Virus record (IMG/VR): IMGVR_UViG_3300011339_000076
Location: 1-31,642 of that record
Direction: 5' to 3' (one strand)
DNA from: a virus
Lineage: Duplodnaviria > Caudoviricetes
DNA: 31,642 bases
Made by a program: the position numbers and the translations under genes. A model generated the notes under the pieces. That model was given only the letters and a program-made list of their open reading frames with translations, was not told the origin of the DNA and ran no database searches. This document shows positions 17,232 to 26,909 of the stretch, one piece after another. Position 1 is the first letter of the stretch; the number at the start of each line of letters is the position of its first letter.

Positions 17232-17404
17232 TGAAACTGTATAAAACACAAGACAACCAAATCTTTGCCTACGAGTTAGATGGTTCGCAAGACCATTTAA
17301 TAGGTGAAAAAACACCAATTACGCAAGAGCAAGCGGATGAAATCATTGCAAGCCGCCCAGTAGTTGAAATCCCATTAAATCAGATTGCGGGGCAGCAAGC
17401 ATGA
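17231..17404 (+). CDS. Small tail-fibre-associated protein (57 aa)
   Basis: TAATG overlap with the fibre stop; YK...QIFAYELDGSQD resembles the N-terminus of fibre assembly proteins. Confidence 0.6.
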   Translation: MKLYKTQDNQIFAYELDGSQDHLIGEKTPITQEQADEIIASRPVVEIPLNQIAGQQA

Positions 17405-17446
17405 CTACTTCAATAGTTGGTCAACCACTACCTGCGGACGAATGAC

Positions 17447-17683
17447 ATGAACCAGTCCGAGCGCGCCGAACTAATCGCCGACATTGCGGAGGCAATTAGG
17501 GCATCGTCTAACTTGTCTGACGATGAGGTGCGTTGGGTCAAACTCACCATTGAAAAGCAGGAGCAGTCAATCAAACTGCGCCAAGCAATCATTGAGAAGA
17601 CCTTGGGCGGGTTGGTGTGGGCTGCTCTTGCGGGGCTTGGCTACCTTTTATTTGACTTTGCAAAAAACCACGGATTCAAGTGA
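17447..17683 (+). CDS. Small membrane protein with one C-terminal TM helix (possibly lysis-related)
   Basis: Coiled-coil N-terminus, hydrophobic LGGLVWAALAGLGYLLF. Confidence 0.65.
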   Translation: MNQSERAELIADIAEAIRASSNLSDDEVRWVKLTIEKQEQSIKLRQAIIEKTLGGLVWAALAGLGYLLFDFAKNHGFK

Positions 17684-17844
17684 TAGATGCAATTGCCTCT
17701 GCTCAAGTTCAATGGCCCAACACCGAGACAAGAATCGTGTTGGTGTGCCGCGTTGTGCTGCCCAGTGAAAAGTACGGGGCTAATGAATTTTTAGATAAGG
17801 ACGGTAGAGTTTGCCGGTGGGTTTTAACAGAAAAGAAGTTGTAA
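17680..17844 (+). CDS. Small hypothetical protein (54 aa; not in the ORF track)
   Basis: GTGA overlap with the upstream stop; MIDAIASAQVQWPNTETRIVLVCRVVLPSEKYGANEFLDKDGRVCRWVLTEKKL; fills the gap to the next gene. Confidence 0.6.
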   Translation: MIDAIASAQVQWPNTETRIVLVCRVVLPSEKYGANEFLDKDGRVCRWVLTEKKL

Positions 17845-17848
17845 TCCC

Positions 17849-18316
17849 GTGGACCCACTAACAGCGTTTGCATTGGCGCAGGGTGCTATCAAAGGCATCC
17901 AAGCGGCCATCAAGATGGGGAAAGACATTCAGGGCATCACGGGTGACGTGATGAAGTTCTTTGATGCCAAGGACGTTGTTGCAAAGGAGGCGATCAAGGA
18001 CCCGAAGAAAAAGTACAGTTCAGACACCAGCCAGGCGATGTCTACGGTCATGCAACTGCATGAACTCAACAGAGCCGAGGAAGAACTGAAGTGGCACTTT
18101 ATCCATCAGGGTCATTCAGCGTTGTGGACGCAGATCGTATTGGAGCGCAACAGCATAGTGCAGCGCAGGAAGACTCAGGAGATATTGGATGCTAAAGCGG
18201 CTAAAAACCGCAAGGCTGAGATTGATGAGGTCATTACAATGGCTTTATGCATACTGGTGGCTGCGGCCATCTTTATTTTGGTGGCTTGGGGTGTAATTGC
18301 TTTGAAAGGTAAATGA
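17849..18316 (+). CDS. Membrane-anchored hypothetical protein
   Basis: MDPLTAFALA N-terminus, coiled coil, C-terminal TM helix; upstream of the holin. Confidence 0.7.
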   Translation: MDPLTAFALAQGAIKGIQAAIKMGKDIQGITGDVMKFFDAKDVVAKEAIKDPKKKYSSDTSQAMSTVMQLHELNRAEEELKWHFIHQGHSALWTQIVLERNSIVQRRKTQEILDAKAAKNRKAEIDEVITMALCILVAAAIFILVAWGVIALKGK

Positions 18317-18726
18317 TGTTTGACATTACAGGACTATTAGCAGTTGGCGGCAAGTTAATCGACAAACTGATCCCCGACCCAGAGGCTAAAGCAAAAGCCC
18401 AACTTGAGTTGGCAACACTTGCCCAAAGCGGTGAACTGGCAAAGATGGCTAACGAGACTGAAATGTTTAAGGCTGAACAGGAAAATACCACAGAACGGTG
18501 GATGGCTGACATGGCCTCGGATTCATGGCTAAGTAAGAATATTCGACCAATGAGCCTGATTGCAATTCTTACAGGCTATTTTACTTTTGCCATGATGAGT
18601 GCATTTGGTTATAACGCTAACGAGTCATATGTCCAATTGCTAGGAAATTGGGGGATGCTCGTGTTTGGGGCCTATTTCGGCTCACGCAGTTTAGAGAAGA
18701 TCGCTGAAATTAGGACTAAGAAATGA
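18313..18726 (+). CDS. Holin (3TM / GTA-holin-like)
   Basis: KLIDKLIPDP, DSWLSKNIRP, two strong TM segments, AYFGSRSLEK; directly upstream of the endolysin. Confidence 0.8.
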   Translation: MMFDITGLLAVGGKLIDKLIPDPEAKAKAQLELATLAQSGELAKMANETEMFKAEQENTTERWMADMASDSWLSKNIRPMSLIAILTGYFTFAMMSAFGYNANESYVQLLGNWGMLVFGAYFGSRSLEKIAEIRTKK

Positions 18727-19232
18727 ACGCGAACTTCAAATCAGCCTTAGACCACGTACTCAAGTCAGAGGGCGGTTTTGTAAACCACCCCAAAGACCCT
18801 GGTGGGATGACAAACCTTGGCTGCACCAAAGCAGTATGGGAAGAGTACGTTGGACACCCAGTGTCTGAGGCCGACATGAGGGCGTTGACTCCTGAGTTGG
18901 TTTCCCCGCTATACAAACGAAAGTACTGGGACAAGGTTGCCGGTGATGACCTCCCGTCAGGGCTTGACTATGCCGTCTTTGACGCTGCCATCAACAGCGG
19001 CCCAGGAAGAGCTGCAAAGTGGCTACAGGAGACTGTAGGGGTGACGGCTGATGGTTCTATAGGCAAAGGCACTTTGGCCGCTGTAGGGGCTATGGACACG
19101 CAAGACCTTATCGCCAAGTACAACGACAGACGACTACAGTTCCTTGAGGGGCTGCCCACCTTCGCCACCTTTGGCAAGGGATGGAGCCGCAGGGTGTCTG
19201 AAGTCCAGTCCGCAGCATCAGCATTAGCATAA
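18723..19232 (+). CDS. Endolysin, glycoside hydrolase family 108 with peptidoglycan-binding domain
   Basis: EGGFVNHPKDPGGMTNLG catalytic motif, FDAAINSG, LQ..VGVTADGSIG, FGKGWSRR. Confidence 0.93.
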   Translation: MNANFKSALDHVLKSEGGFVNHPKDPGGMTNLGCTKAVWEEYVGHPVSEADMRALTPELVSPLYKRKYWDKVAGDDLPSGLDYAVFDAAINSGPGRAAKWLQETVGVTADGSIGKGTLAAVGAMDTQDLIAKYNDRRLQFLEGLPTFATFGKGWSRRVSEVQSAASALA

Positions 19233-19897
19233 TGGCCACAAACTACACAGGTCAGATCACGACACCGGCAGCACCCAACACGGGTACGCCTGGGAATGAG
19301 TACGAGCAGAGATACTTCAGCCAGACCTTTGCCAATATGGGAGGGTACTTTCAGCGCGTCACAGGCATCACTGCCGCGCTGTTCGGACCAAGGGGTGGGA
19401 AGTACATCAACATTCCTTACGGGGCGTTTCAGGACGGTACAAATCAGACTGCGGCCAACACCACCACAGCCTACCCCATAACCTTTGACACTACAGACTT
19501 CAGCAACGGCGTGACATTGTCAAACTCGTCAAGACTTAACGTGTCGCAGCCAGGAATCTATAACCTGCAATTTAGCGTCCAAGTCAAGAACACGACAAAC
19601 AGTTCTGAGGATGTTGACTTTTGGTTCAGAAAAAACGGGACAGACATCGCTAAATCCAATAGCAGGTTTGGCATTTCGGCAAGAAAATTATCGGGTAACC
19701 CATCCCATGTAATCGTTGCCCTTAATTATTTTGTAAGCCTAGCCGCGAATGACTATATACAGATTGTTTGGAGAACAAGCGACGTTGCGGTGACTATTGA
19801 AACCTTTGCGGCAGGAACCTCCCCGACTAGACCGTCAGTCCCTTCGGTGATCGCCACTATGTCGTTCGTCTCCAATTTGTCTACAGAAACAGCATAA
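19232..19897 (+). CDS. Virion protein with C1q/TNF-like beta domain
   Basis: PYGAF, ITFDTTD, GIYNLQFSVQ, WFRKNG and LAANDYIQI pattern. Confidence 0.6.
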   Translation: MATNYTGQITTPAAPNTGTPGNEYEQRYFSQTFANMGGYFQRVTGITAALFGPRGGKYINIPYGAFQDGTNQTAANTTTAYPITFDTTDFSNGVTLSNSSRLNVSQPGIYNLQFSVQVKNTTNSSEDVDFWFRKNGTDIAKSNSRFGISARKLSGNPSHVIVALNYFVSLAANDYIQIVWRTSDVAVTIETFAAGTSPTRPSVPSVIATMSFVSNLSTETA

Positions 19898-19904
19898 TCT
19901 CGTC

Positions 19905-21386
19905 ATGGCACTCATACCACTCAAAATCCCCCCAGGCGTTTACCGTAATGGTACTGAGTACCAGGCTGCGGGACGCTGGTACGACTCGAACCTTGTTCGC
20001 TGGTACGAGAACACTCTGCGACCCATTGGCGGGTGGCGTAAGAAGTCAGAGACGCAACTCACAGGTATTTGCCGTGGGTTGCTGGCTTGGGTAACTAATG
20101 GCAATGCAAGGTACGTTGCGGCAGGTACACAGTCAAAACTCTTTGCAATGGACGAGAATAATGTCGTAAAAGACATTACTCCAACAGGTTTCACTACTGG
20201 CCGTGCAGATGCAGTCAGCGGGACAGGCTACGGTTACAACACCTACGGTTCTTTTTCTTACGGCGTGGCACGTCCCGACATCGGGTCAGTCTTACCTGCA
20301 ACGACATGGAGCCTAGACACTTGGGGTGAGTACCTTGTAGCGTGTAGCGATACAGACGGCAAACTCTATGAGTGGCAGTTGGGGTTTACCACCCCCACAG
20401 TTGCGGCTGTAATCACCAACGCGCCAACAAGTTGCGCTGCCTTATTGGTGACTTCAGAGCGCATCATGTTTGCATTGGGAGCAGGTGGAAATGGTCGTAA
20501 AGTGTCTTGGAGTGACCAAGAGGACAACACAGTATGGACTGCCGCGTCAACTAATCAGGCTGGTGACTTTGAATTGTCCACGGTCGGTACACTGAAGGCA
20601 GGAAAAAGAGTCCGAGGTGTAAACATTTTGTTTACAGATGTAGATGTACACACAGCCACTTACATCGGGCTGCCCTTCATTTATTCGTTTGAGAAGGCTG
20701 GTTCGGGCTGCGGGGTGATCTCATCCCAGTCCGTTGCGGCTATTGACACTGCGGCGATGTGGATGTCCAAGTCGGGGTTTTGGCAGTATGACGGCTACGT
20801 CAAGCCGATGACCTGCGACGTATCGGACTATGTCTTCAACAACATAAATTACAACCAGTCATCAAAGGTCTACGCTGTACACAACTCTTCTTTTGGTGAG
20901 GTGACATGGTTTTACCCATCAAGCGGGTCAAACGAGAACGATTCCTATGTGACCTACAACTACCGTGAGGGTCATTGGGCGATTGGAACCATGTCTCGCA
21001 CGGCTGGCACTGACAGGGGAGTATTCAAAAACCCCCTTATGGTCAGCGCGGACTCCTACATCTACGAGCATGAGGTAGGTTTCACCTATGACTCTGTCAG
21101 CCCCTACGCACAGTCAGGACCCGTTGAGATCGGTACGGGAGAAAACATTATGTCCGTCAGGTCGGTTATCCCCGACGAGCAGACCTTGGGTGAGGTTGCC
21201 ATCTCCTTTACGTCAAGGCTGTACCCGACCTCGGCTGAGTCTACCCATGGACCATTCTCGGCCAAGGCTCCTACCGATGCCAGGTTCTCAGGCCGGTCCG
21301 TGAAGATGAAGGTTACAGGCAACATATTGGATGATTGGCGCGTTGGGGTGATGCGGCTGGAGACGACAACCGCAGGGAAACGCTGA
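19905..21386 (+). CDS. Tail stabilisation protein (P22 gp10 / tail tubular B-like)
   Basis: 493-aa beta-rich protein; PGVYRNGT, WSDQED..W, EVTWFYPS; position before the GNAT-like and ejection genes. Confidence 0.75.
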   Translation: MALIPLKIPPGVYRNGTEYQAAGRWYDSNLVRWYENTLRPIGGWRKKSETQLTGICRGLLAWVTNGNARYVAAGTQSKLFAMDENNVVKDITPTGFTTGRADAVSGTGYGYNTYGSFSYGVARPDIGSVLPATTWSLDTWGEYLVACSDTDGKLYEWQLGFTTPTVAAVITNAPTSCAALLVTSERIMFALGAGGNGRKVSWSDQEDNTVWTAASTNQAGDFELSTVGTLKAGKRVRGVNILFTDVDVHTATYIGLPFIYSFEKAGSGCGVISSQSVAAIDTAAMWMSKSGFWQYDGYVKPMTCDVSDYVFNNINYNQSSKVYAVHNSSFGEVTWFYPSSGSNENDSYVTYNYREGHWAIGTMSRTAGTDRGVFKNPLMVSADSYIYEHEVGFTYDSVSPYAQSGPVEIGTGENIMSVRSVIPDEQTLGEVAISFTSRLYPTSAESTHGPFSAKAPTDARFSGRSVKMKVTGNILDDWRVGVMRLETTTAGKR

Positions 21387-21748
21387 TGGAGGAGTTTTGG
21401 TCGCTGCGCAAACACATCGAAGCGGCTTTAGAATACTCAGGAGGGACACACACTATTGAAGACATTGCGGAGGGTGTGGCCAGTAACAGATTTCAGTTCT
21501 GGCCTGGCACTAAATCCGCAGTGGTTACTGAGATCATTGTCTACCCGCGAATCAAGGACTTGCACTTCTTCCTTGCTGGCGGCGACCTAGATGAACTCAA
21601 GCAGATGCGACCATACATCGAGTCTTGGGGCAAGCAGTTGGGTTGCACGCGAGTATCTCTTGCTGGCCGTCAGGGTTGGCAGAAGACGTTCTTAAAGGAT
21701 GAGGGTTACGAACCAAGGTGGTTCATTTTGAGCAAGGAATTGATATGA
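21386..21748 (+). CDS. GNAT-fold virion assembly protein (P22 gp14-like position)
   Basis: TGATG overlap; LHFFLAGG, GC.RVSLAGRQGW motif. Confidence 0.65.
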   Translation: MEEFWSLRKHIEAALEYSGGTHTIEDIAEGVASNRFQFWPGTKSAVVTEIIVYPRIKDLHFFLAGGDLDELKQMRPYIESWGKQLGCTRVSLAGRQGWQKTFLKDEGYEPRWFILSKELI

Positions 21749-22767
21749 GTTTAGGTGGCGGTCAAACAATCAGCCCAGTAGAGGGTAGCGACAAGTATTC
21801 TCAGATCATGGAGTTGATGCGCCGACGAAACGCATCAAATCCGCAGTCGTACACGGGTGGGTTCAATCCTTACGCAGTATCAGCCCCTGCATCGGCTGCA
21901 TCGTCAACCGCATACGAAGAGTTAATGCGTCAGCAGGCTATGGCTAATGCCAATCGTGGCGGTGGCCGCCAAGAAGTTGACCCAGTTGAGAAGGCTCGTA
22001 TTGATGCCTTTATGGACGCAGAAGACGCGCAGGATGTTGCAAACGGCGATCCAATTGGAACCACTCGCGGCGCAAGAATTACAAGTGACTTGGGTCCTAT
22101 CGCTAGTTTTCTAAATCCGCTTGGTGGAATACTGGCTTTGAGTGATGCCTACAAAGGGTTCCAAGACCCACGCGACACATCAGACACTGGTTTTGGAGCA
22201 ACTATCGGTAGGGCCATTGGTGGATTCTTTAATACAGGACCAGGCTACGAGAGTGGGCCTAGTGGTCGTATTAGCATAGGAGGCAAGGCAAACCTTGATG
22301 CTCTGAACGCAAACTTAACTGGCATGGTTGGACTCCCCAGCAGTTACGACACATCTTCCTCTTACCAAGGTGTGGCTGCCGAGAACGCTGCGTTGCAAAA
22401 CGCATTGGCGCAACAGTACTCCGACAACGCGGCTAATGCCATTGCAACAAACTCCAACGTAACAGACCCATCTCAGCGCGGTGGTGGCGGTGGCAGTAGT
22501 TTTGACAATTCAGCACCTGGCGAGGGTTATGGAATGACCAGAAGCGGAGGAATTGACGGCAGTATGTTTAACAAAGGCGGCAAGGTCACAATGGATCGCC
22601 TACAGGGTCCAAACCCAATGGGTCCAGATGATGGCTACGGTGGACTAGATGACGGCGAGTTTGTCATCAACGCAAAGTCAGTCGGTAAGTACGGCATCGA
22701 GTTGATGAACGCCATCAACAATGGAAAAATTTCAAAGGGCAAACTTCGCGGTTTGCTCGAAGCATAG
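21745..22767 (+). CDS. Putative ejection / internal virion protein
   Basis: Gly/Ser-rich, low complexity; C-terminal GG.V...GP...DD....L.DGEFVI motif; ATGA overlap. Confidence 0.6.
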   Translation: MSLGGGQTISPVEGSDKYSQIMELMRRRNASNPQSYTGGFNPYAVSAPASAASSTAYEELMRQQAMANANRGGGRQEVDPVEKARIDAFMDAEDAQDVANGDPIGTTRGARITSDLGPIASFLNPLGGILALSDAYKGFQDPRDTSDTGFGATIGRAIGGFFNTGPGYESGPSGRISIGGKANLDALNANLTGMVGLPSSYDTSSSYQGVAAENAALQNALAQQYSDNAANAIATNSNVTDPSQRGGGGGSSFDNSAPGEGYGMTRSGGIDGSMFNKGGKVTMDRLQGPNPMGPDDGYGGLDDGEFVINAKSVGKYGIELMNAINNGKISKGKLRGLLEA

Positions 22768-22777
22768 GAGATACAAA

Positions 22778-23527
22778 ATGTCAAAAGGCGGTTCCACAAC
22801 ATCAACCCAAGCCATCGACCCGCAGTTAAAGGCTGCGTACCTTGAGAACTTGGGTCAGGCAAAGTCAGTCGCAAGCGCACTCCCAGTGCGTGAGTTTGCT
22901 GACTTCAACCCAATGTACATGGCGGGTGAGGAGCAGGTCGTTAACCAGTCCCTGACCCCGTTCAGTGGGCAGGACATCAACGCCTTCATGAACCCGTACC
23001 AAGAGGACGTAATCAACCGCAGTTTGGGCGACGTTGAGACAAGCCGTCAGATGGCAGACCTTAGGGATCGTCAGGCCGCTACAGGCGCGAAGGCGTTTGG
23101 TGGTTCACGTCAAGGAGTGCAGGCCGCACTTACAAACGCTGCTGCTCTCAAGCAAGCCGCTGACCTGTCAGCGAATATGCGCCAGCAGGGTTACGGACAG
23201 GCAGCGAACTTGGCTCAGTACGCTAGAGGTCAGAACATCCAAGGCGGTCAGAATGTGATGAACTTGGGCGGTGCGCGTCAGCAGTTGCTACAGAGTCAGA
23301 TGGACGCACTGCGCGGTATCGGCACAGAGAAGTTGGGAATTACTTCAGCCGCACTTGGCGGCGGCATCCCGAACCTCGGTATGTCTACCACTACCCCTTA
23401 CTCTCGTAATGTCGGTGCTGGTGCTTTAGGTGGCGCGTTGTACGGAGCGCAACTAGGTTCCGTAATCCCTGGCCTTGGCACTGGTATCGGTGCTGGCATC
23501 GGCGGTCTTCTTGGTCTTTTAGGTTGA
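22778..23527 (+). CDS. DNA pilot / ejection protein
   Basis: AGGAG SD; FMNPYQEDVI, AFGGSR, Gln/Ala-rich helices, C-terminal glycine-zipper hydrophobic segment. Confidence 0.7.
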   Translation: MSKGGSTTSTQAIDPQLKAAYLENLGQAKSVASALPVREFADFNPMYMAGEEQVVNQSLTPFSGQDINAFMNPYQEDVINRSLGDVETSRQMADLRDRQAATGAKAFGGSRQGVQAALTNAAALKQAADLSANMRQQGYGQAANLAQYARGQNIQGGQNVMNLGGARQQLLQSQMDALRGIGTEKLGITSAALGGGIPNLGMSTTTPYSRNVGAGALGGALYGAQLGSVIPGLGTGIGAGIGGLLGLLG

Positions 23528-23535
23528 GGTGAATC

Positions 23536-24960
23536 ATGGCAGCATTTGATTTTGGCGGTCTTCTTGGCTCCAATCTGTTTGGCGGTGGTGATACTGGACT
23601 TGATGAGTACCTCACGCCAGAGCAACGATCACGGATGAACCAGCAGGGCATCATGGCTTTGGCCGCGTCCCTGCTTAAGTCATCAGGTCCAAGCGCAGTC
23701 CCAATCGGGATTGGCCAGGCTTTGGGTGAGGCTTACGGTGCTGGGCAGCAAGGTTACCAACAGGCGCAGGCTGGAGGCATTGCCAACATCATGACCAAGC
23801 AGAAGTTGGATGAGTTTAAGCGGTCAAAGGATAGGCTTTCAACTATGCAGAAAATGCTTGTTGGAGACTATGGGCAGACTATGCCAGCCGCAGGTGTCGC
23901 CATTACACCTGAGCAGTCACTTGCAATGCCAAATATGCAGGCTGGTCCTACAGTTGCTCGTGCCAACATGATTGGACAGGTTCCAACGCCGGCACAGGTT
24001 CAAACTGTGCAGCAAGCACAACAAAGCAGCCCATTTGCTAATTTAAGTCGGGAGCAACGGGCGTTGATGCTTAACCAGCCCGAGGATCAACTTTCAAAAT
24101 CAATGCTTGACGCTATCACTGCATCGCAAGAGTATGGCGCACCACAGAACCTGATGATTGGGAACAAGCCTGTTGTTGTCCAGTACAACAAGCAAGGACA
24201 GCGCAGAGTTGTAAGTGACGCACAGCCTTATGAGGCAATGCCACCTGACATTCGTGCAATGGAATACCTACAAGGACGACCACTTGGTGGAACTGGGGCA
24301 GAAGGCATAGCGGCATTAGGAACCTATCGTTCTCAGATTGCACCTAAAACTGAGGTGAGATTACCACCTGGGGCAAGCAGTTTTGTAACTGGTGCTGGAG
24401 GTGTTGGAGCAACTCGACTACAACAGGTCACGGACGCAGCAAATTCAGCCAATGACACACTACGCAACATTGATACTATTGCACCGGCTCTAAGTGCCGC
24501 AGTTCTTGGACCGGCAGCAGATTACAGAACTGCAATGCTACGTGTTGGACAGCAGTTAAATATCGCTGGGCCTGATGCTGAGAAGACGCTACAGAATACA
24601 CGTCAAGTTGTTCAAGGTCTTGCGCAGTCTGAGTTGACTGCTGCTGCCTCAATGAAGGGTCAGGGGCCAATTACTGACAGTGAACGTGCTTTGATTAAAC
24701 GCGTTGCAGCAGGGGATCAGACAATGACTGCCGCAGAACTTCGCACTGGTATGGCAGCAATGCAGAAACTTGCCTATCAGCGCATCAAAGATCATGAGTT
24801 TGTTTACGCAAATGCATCAAGAGTTAAAGGGTTTGATGAGGTCGCTCCATTGTTCCAAGTAATGCCTTATACAGTGCAGAATGACCTTAGTGGCAATCTG
24901 AACATGGGTAATGCTATCGACGAAGCAATCAAACGGAAGAAAAAAGATGGCACAAACTGA
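23536..24960 (+). CDS. Ejection / internal virion protein
   Basis: GAGGTG SD; Gln/Ala-rich; GQGPITDSER motif; position in the ejection cluster. Confidence 0.65.
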   Translation: MAAFDFGGLLGSNLFGGGDTGLDEYLTPEQRSRMNQQGIMALAASLLKSSGPSAVPIGIGQALGEAYGAGQQGYQQAQAGGIANIMTKQKLDEFKRSKDRLSTMQKMLVGDYGQTMPAAGVAITPEQSLAMPNMQAGPTVARANMIGQVPTPAQVQTVQQAQQSSPFANLSREQRALMLNQPEDQLSKSMLDAITASQEYGAPQNLMIGNKPVVVQYNKQGQRRVVSDAQPYEAMPPDIRAMEYLQGRPLGGTGAEGIAALGTYRSQIAPKTEVRLPPGASSFVTGAGGVGATRLQQVTDAANSANDTLRNIDTIAPALSAAVLGPAADYRTAMLRVGQQLNIAGPDAEKTLQNTRQVVQGLAQSELTAAASMKGQGPITDSERALIKRVAAGDQTMTAAELRTGMAAMQKLAYQRIKDHEFVYANASRVKGFDEVAPLFQVMPYTVQNDLSGNLNMGNAIDEAIKRKKKDGTN

Positions 24961-26896
24961 TCTGCAACAGGTTCTTGATACCTTCACCGTCGAGGAGTTG
25001 CAAGCACTCAAGGCGGGGAACAACAACGCCATCCCGCTGCCAAAATTACAGGCAGTGCAGGCCGCACTCGCACCAGCACCACAAGCACCCCAAAGTGAGG
25101 CTCCAAGCCAGAGACTGCGTTCTCTTGCGCAGGGTCTGACGTTTGGTAGTGCTGACGAGATGGAGGCTTACCTTCAATCACTGGCTGGCGTACCTTATGA
25201 CGCGGCAGTTGCAGACATCAGATCAAAGTTAGAGGCTTACAGAAAAGACAGCCCATACGAGGCACTCGCGTATGAGGCTGGCGGTGCGATATTGCCTGCA
25301 ATCGCAGCCACAACCTTAACGGGTGGTGCTGCTGCCCCAGTCGCACTCCCTGCGCTAATGGCTCGTGCCGCTGGCGTTGGAATGCTACAGGGTGGACTGA
25401 CTGGGTTTGCAACTGGTGAGGGCGACATATTTGAGAGATCATCGCGTGTTGTTCCTGGCATGGTTGTTGGTGGAGTCGCTGGTCCAGTTGGGACTACGCT
25501 TCTCACTGGCGGTGGCGCGGTGGCCAACAAACTGATTGACTTTACAAGACGCACCATTGGTGGCCGTGGCGCAAAGGCCGTAGAGACAGAGATTCAGCGG
25601 CTGGCCACAGAGTCAGGACTTACCACTGACGAGATTGTGGACAGGGTAGCCAAGGGCGAGATCATGGCAGAGAACGCCACCTTGCAGTCAATGGTTCGCG
25701 CTATGTACACACAGGGCGGTCCTGCATCAGCCACTATAGGCAAGGCACTCACCACGCGTCCCAACATCATGCGTGATGAGGCTATGAAGCAGATGCGCGC
25801 TGGGCTGTCTCCTACCGGCGACAAGAACATCCTGCGCCAGTACAAGATGGACGAGGCAGACATTAAGGTCGCAGAGAACGCCATGTACAACGCCGCGTTT
25901 GAGCAGGGCGGTGTAGTTGACAAGCCAATGCTTGATGCCTTCTCAGCGGCCCTGCAACGCGCTCCACAGGCCGCTACTAAGATCAATGAACTGTACCGAG
26001 CCACAACAGGCAAGGCTCCGTTCTTCACGTTCAAGGACGGGAACATTGAGTACAGCCGCACCCCTAACATTGAGGACATGGAGATTGTCCGTCGCGGTAT
26101 TCAGGACGAGGCAAACAAGGCGTTCTCCCAGGGTGCTGGCGGTGTTGGAACTGCACTCAAGGACGTTGAGTTGCAGTTGCGCAACTCGCTTGACCAGTCA
26201 TCACAGGCTTTGGCCGCTGCTAGGCAGACGGCTGCACAGACACGGTCTGCACGTGACGCGTTCCAAGAGGGGCGCAAGGCGTTTACTAAGAGCGCGGACG
26301 AGGTCGCTGTAGAGTTTGAGTCTATGTCTCCTGCCGCAAAGCAGGCGTATCGGTCAGGCTTGATGGACGCAACGCGCTCACGTATGGCTACTGGATCACG
26401 CAAGAGCATGATGGGACGGTTTGCCGATGAAGAACGTAAAGAGGGTCAGATTCTGCGCAGTGTATTCCCTCAAGATCAGTTGGACAATTTGCTTGGCTCT
26501 GTCAACGTGGCAGCCGGCTCTCAACGTGCAGCCACCGGAATTCTTGGCGGCTCTCCTACGGCAGCAAGCCTGCAACAAGGTCAGCGTATCGGGATGAACA
26601 TCTCCCCCGAAGAGGTCACAAGCGCACTTAGCGGTAACGTCATGTCGGGATACCGAGTCCTGCGTAAGTTGGTGGGGCAGAACACCGGCAACTTGACTGA
26701 TGCGCAGTCAGATCAAATCGCAAGAATTCTTGTATCTCAAAACCCTCAAGTTGTCCGCAATGCTTTGGTTGATGAGAGCGCAATGGCTGCGTTACAGGAC
26801 ACCATTAAGCGTTTATCCTACAAGGTAGCAGTCGGCGCGCCTGGGGCAATTACTCAGATTGGTGCAGGTCGCCTTCAGCCAACGCAACAAAAGTAA
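24947..26896 (+). CDS. Large ejection / DNA transfer protein
   Basis: QGLTFGSADE motif, Gly/Ala hydrophobic stretches, helical C-terminal region. Confidence 0.7.
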   Translation: MAQTDLQQVLDTFTVEELQALKAGNNNAIPLPKLQAVQAALAPAPQAPQSEAPSQRLRSLAQGLTFGSADEMEAYLQSLAGVPYDAAVADIRSKLEAYRKDSPYEALAYEAGGAILPAIAATTLTGGAAAPVALPALMARAAGVGMLQGGLTGFATGEGDIFERSSRVVPGMVVGGVAGPVGTTLLTGGGAVANKLIDFTRRTIGGRGAKAVETEIQRLATESGLTTDEIVDRVAKGEIMAENATLQSMVRAMYTQGGPASATIGKALTTRPNIMRDEAMKQMRAGLSPTGDKNILRQYKMDEADIKVAENAMYNAAFEQGGVVDKPMLDAFSAALQRAPQAATKINELYRATTGKAPFFTFKDGNIEYSRTPNIEDMEIVRRGIQDEANKAFSQGAGGVGTALKDVELQLRNSLDQSSQALAAARQTAAQTRSARDAFQEGRKAFTKSADEVAVEFESMSPAAKQAYRSGLMDATRSRMATGSRKSMMGRFADEERKEGQILRSVFPQDQLDNLLGSVNVAAGSQRAATGILGGSPTAASLQQGQRIGMNISPEEVTSALSGNVMSGYRVLRKLVGQNTGNLTDAQSDQIARILVSQNPQVVRNALVDESAMAALQDTIKRLSYKVAVGAPGAITQIGAGRLQPTQQK

Positions 26897-26909
26897 AAAG
26901 GGTACAGAC

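Noticed and set aside
18313-18318. Lambda S-type dual-start holin/antiholin
   Set aside because: Met-Met has no intervening basic residue; the first ATG is explained by the ATGA overlap.
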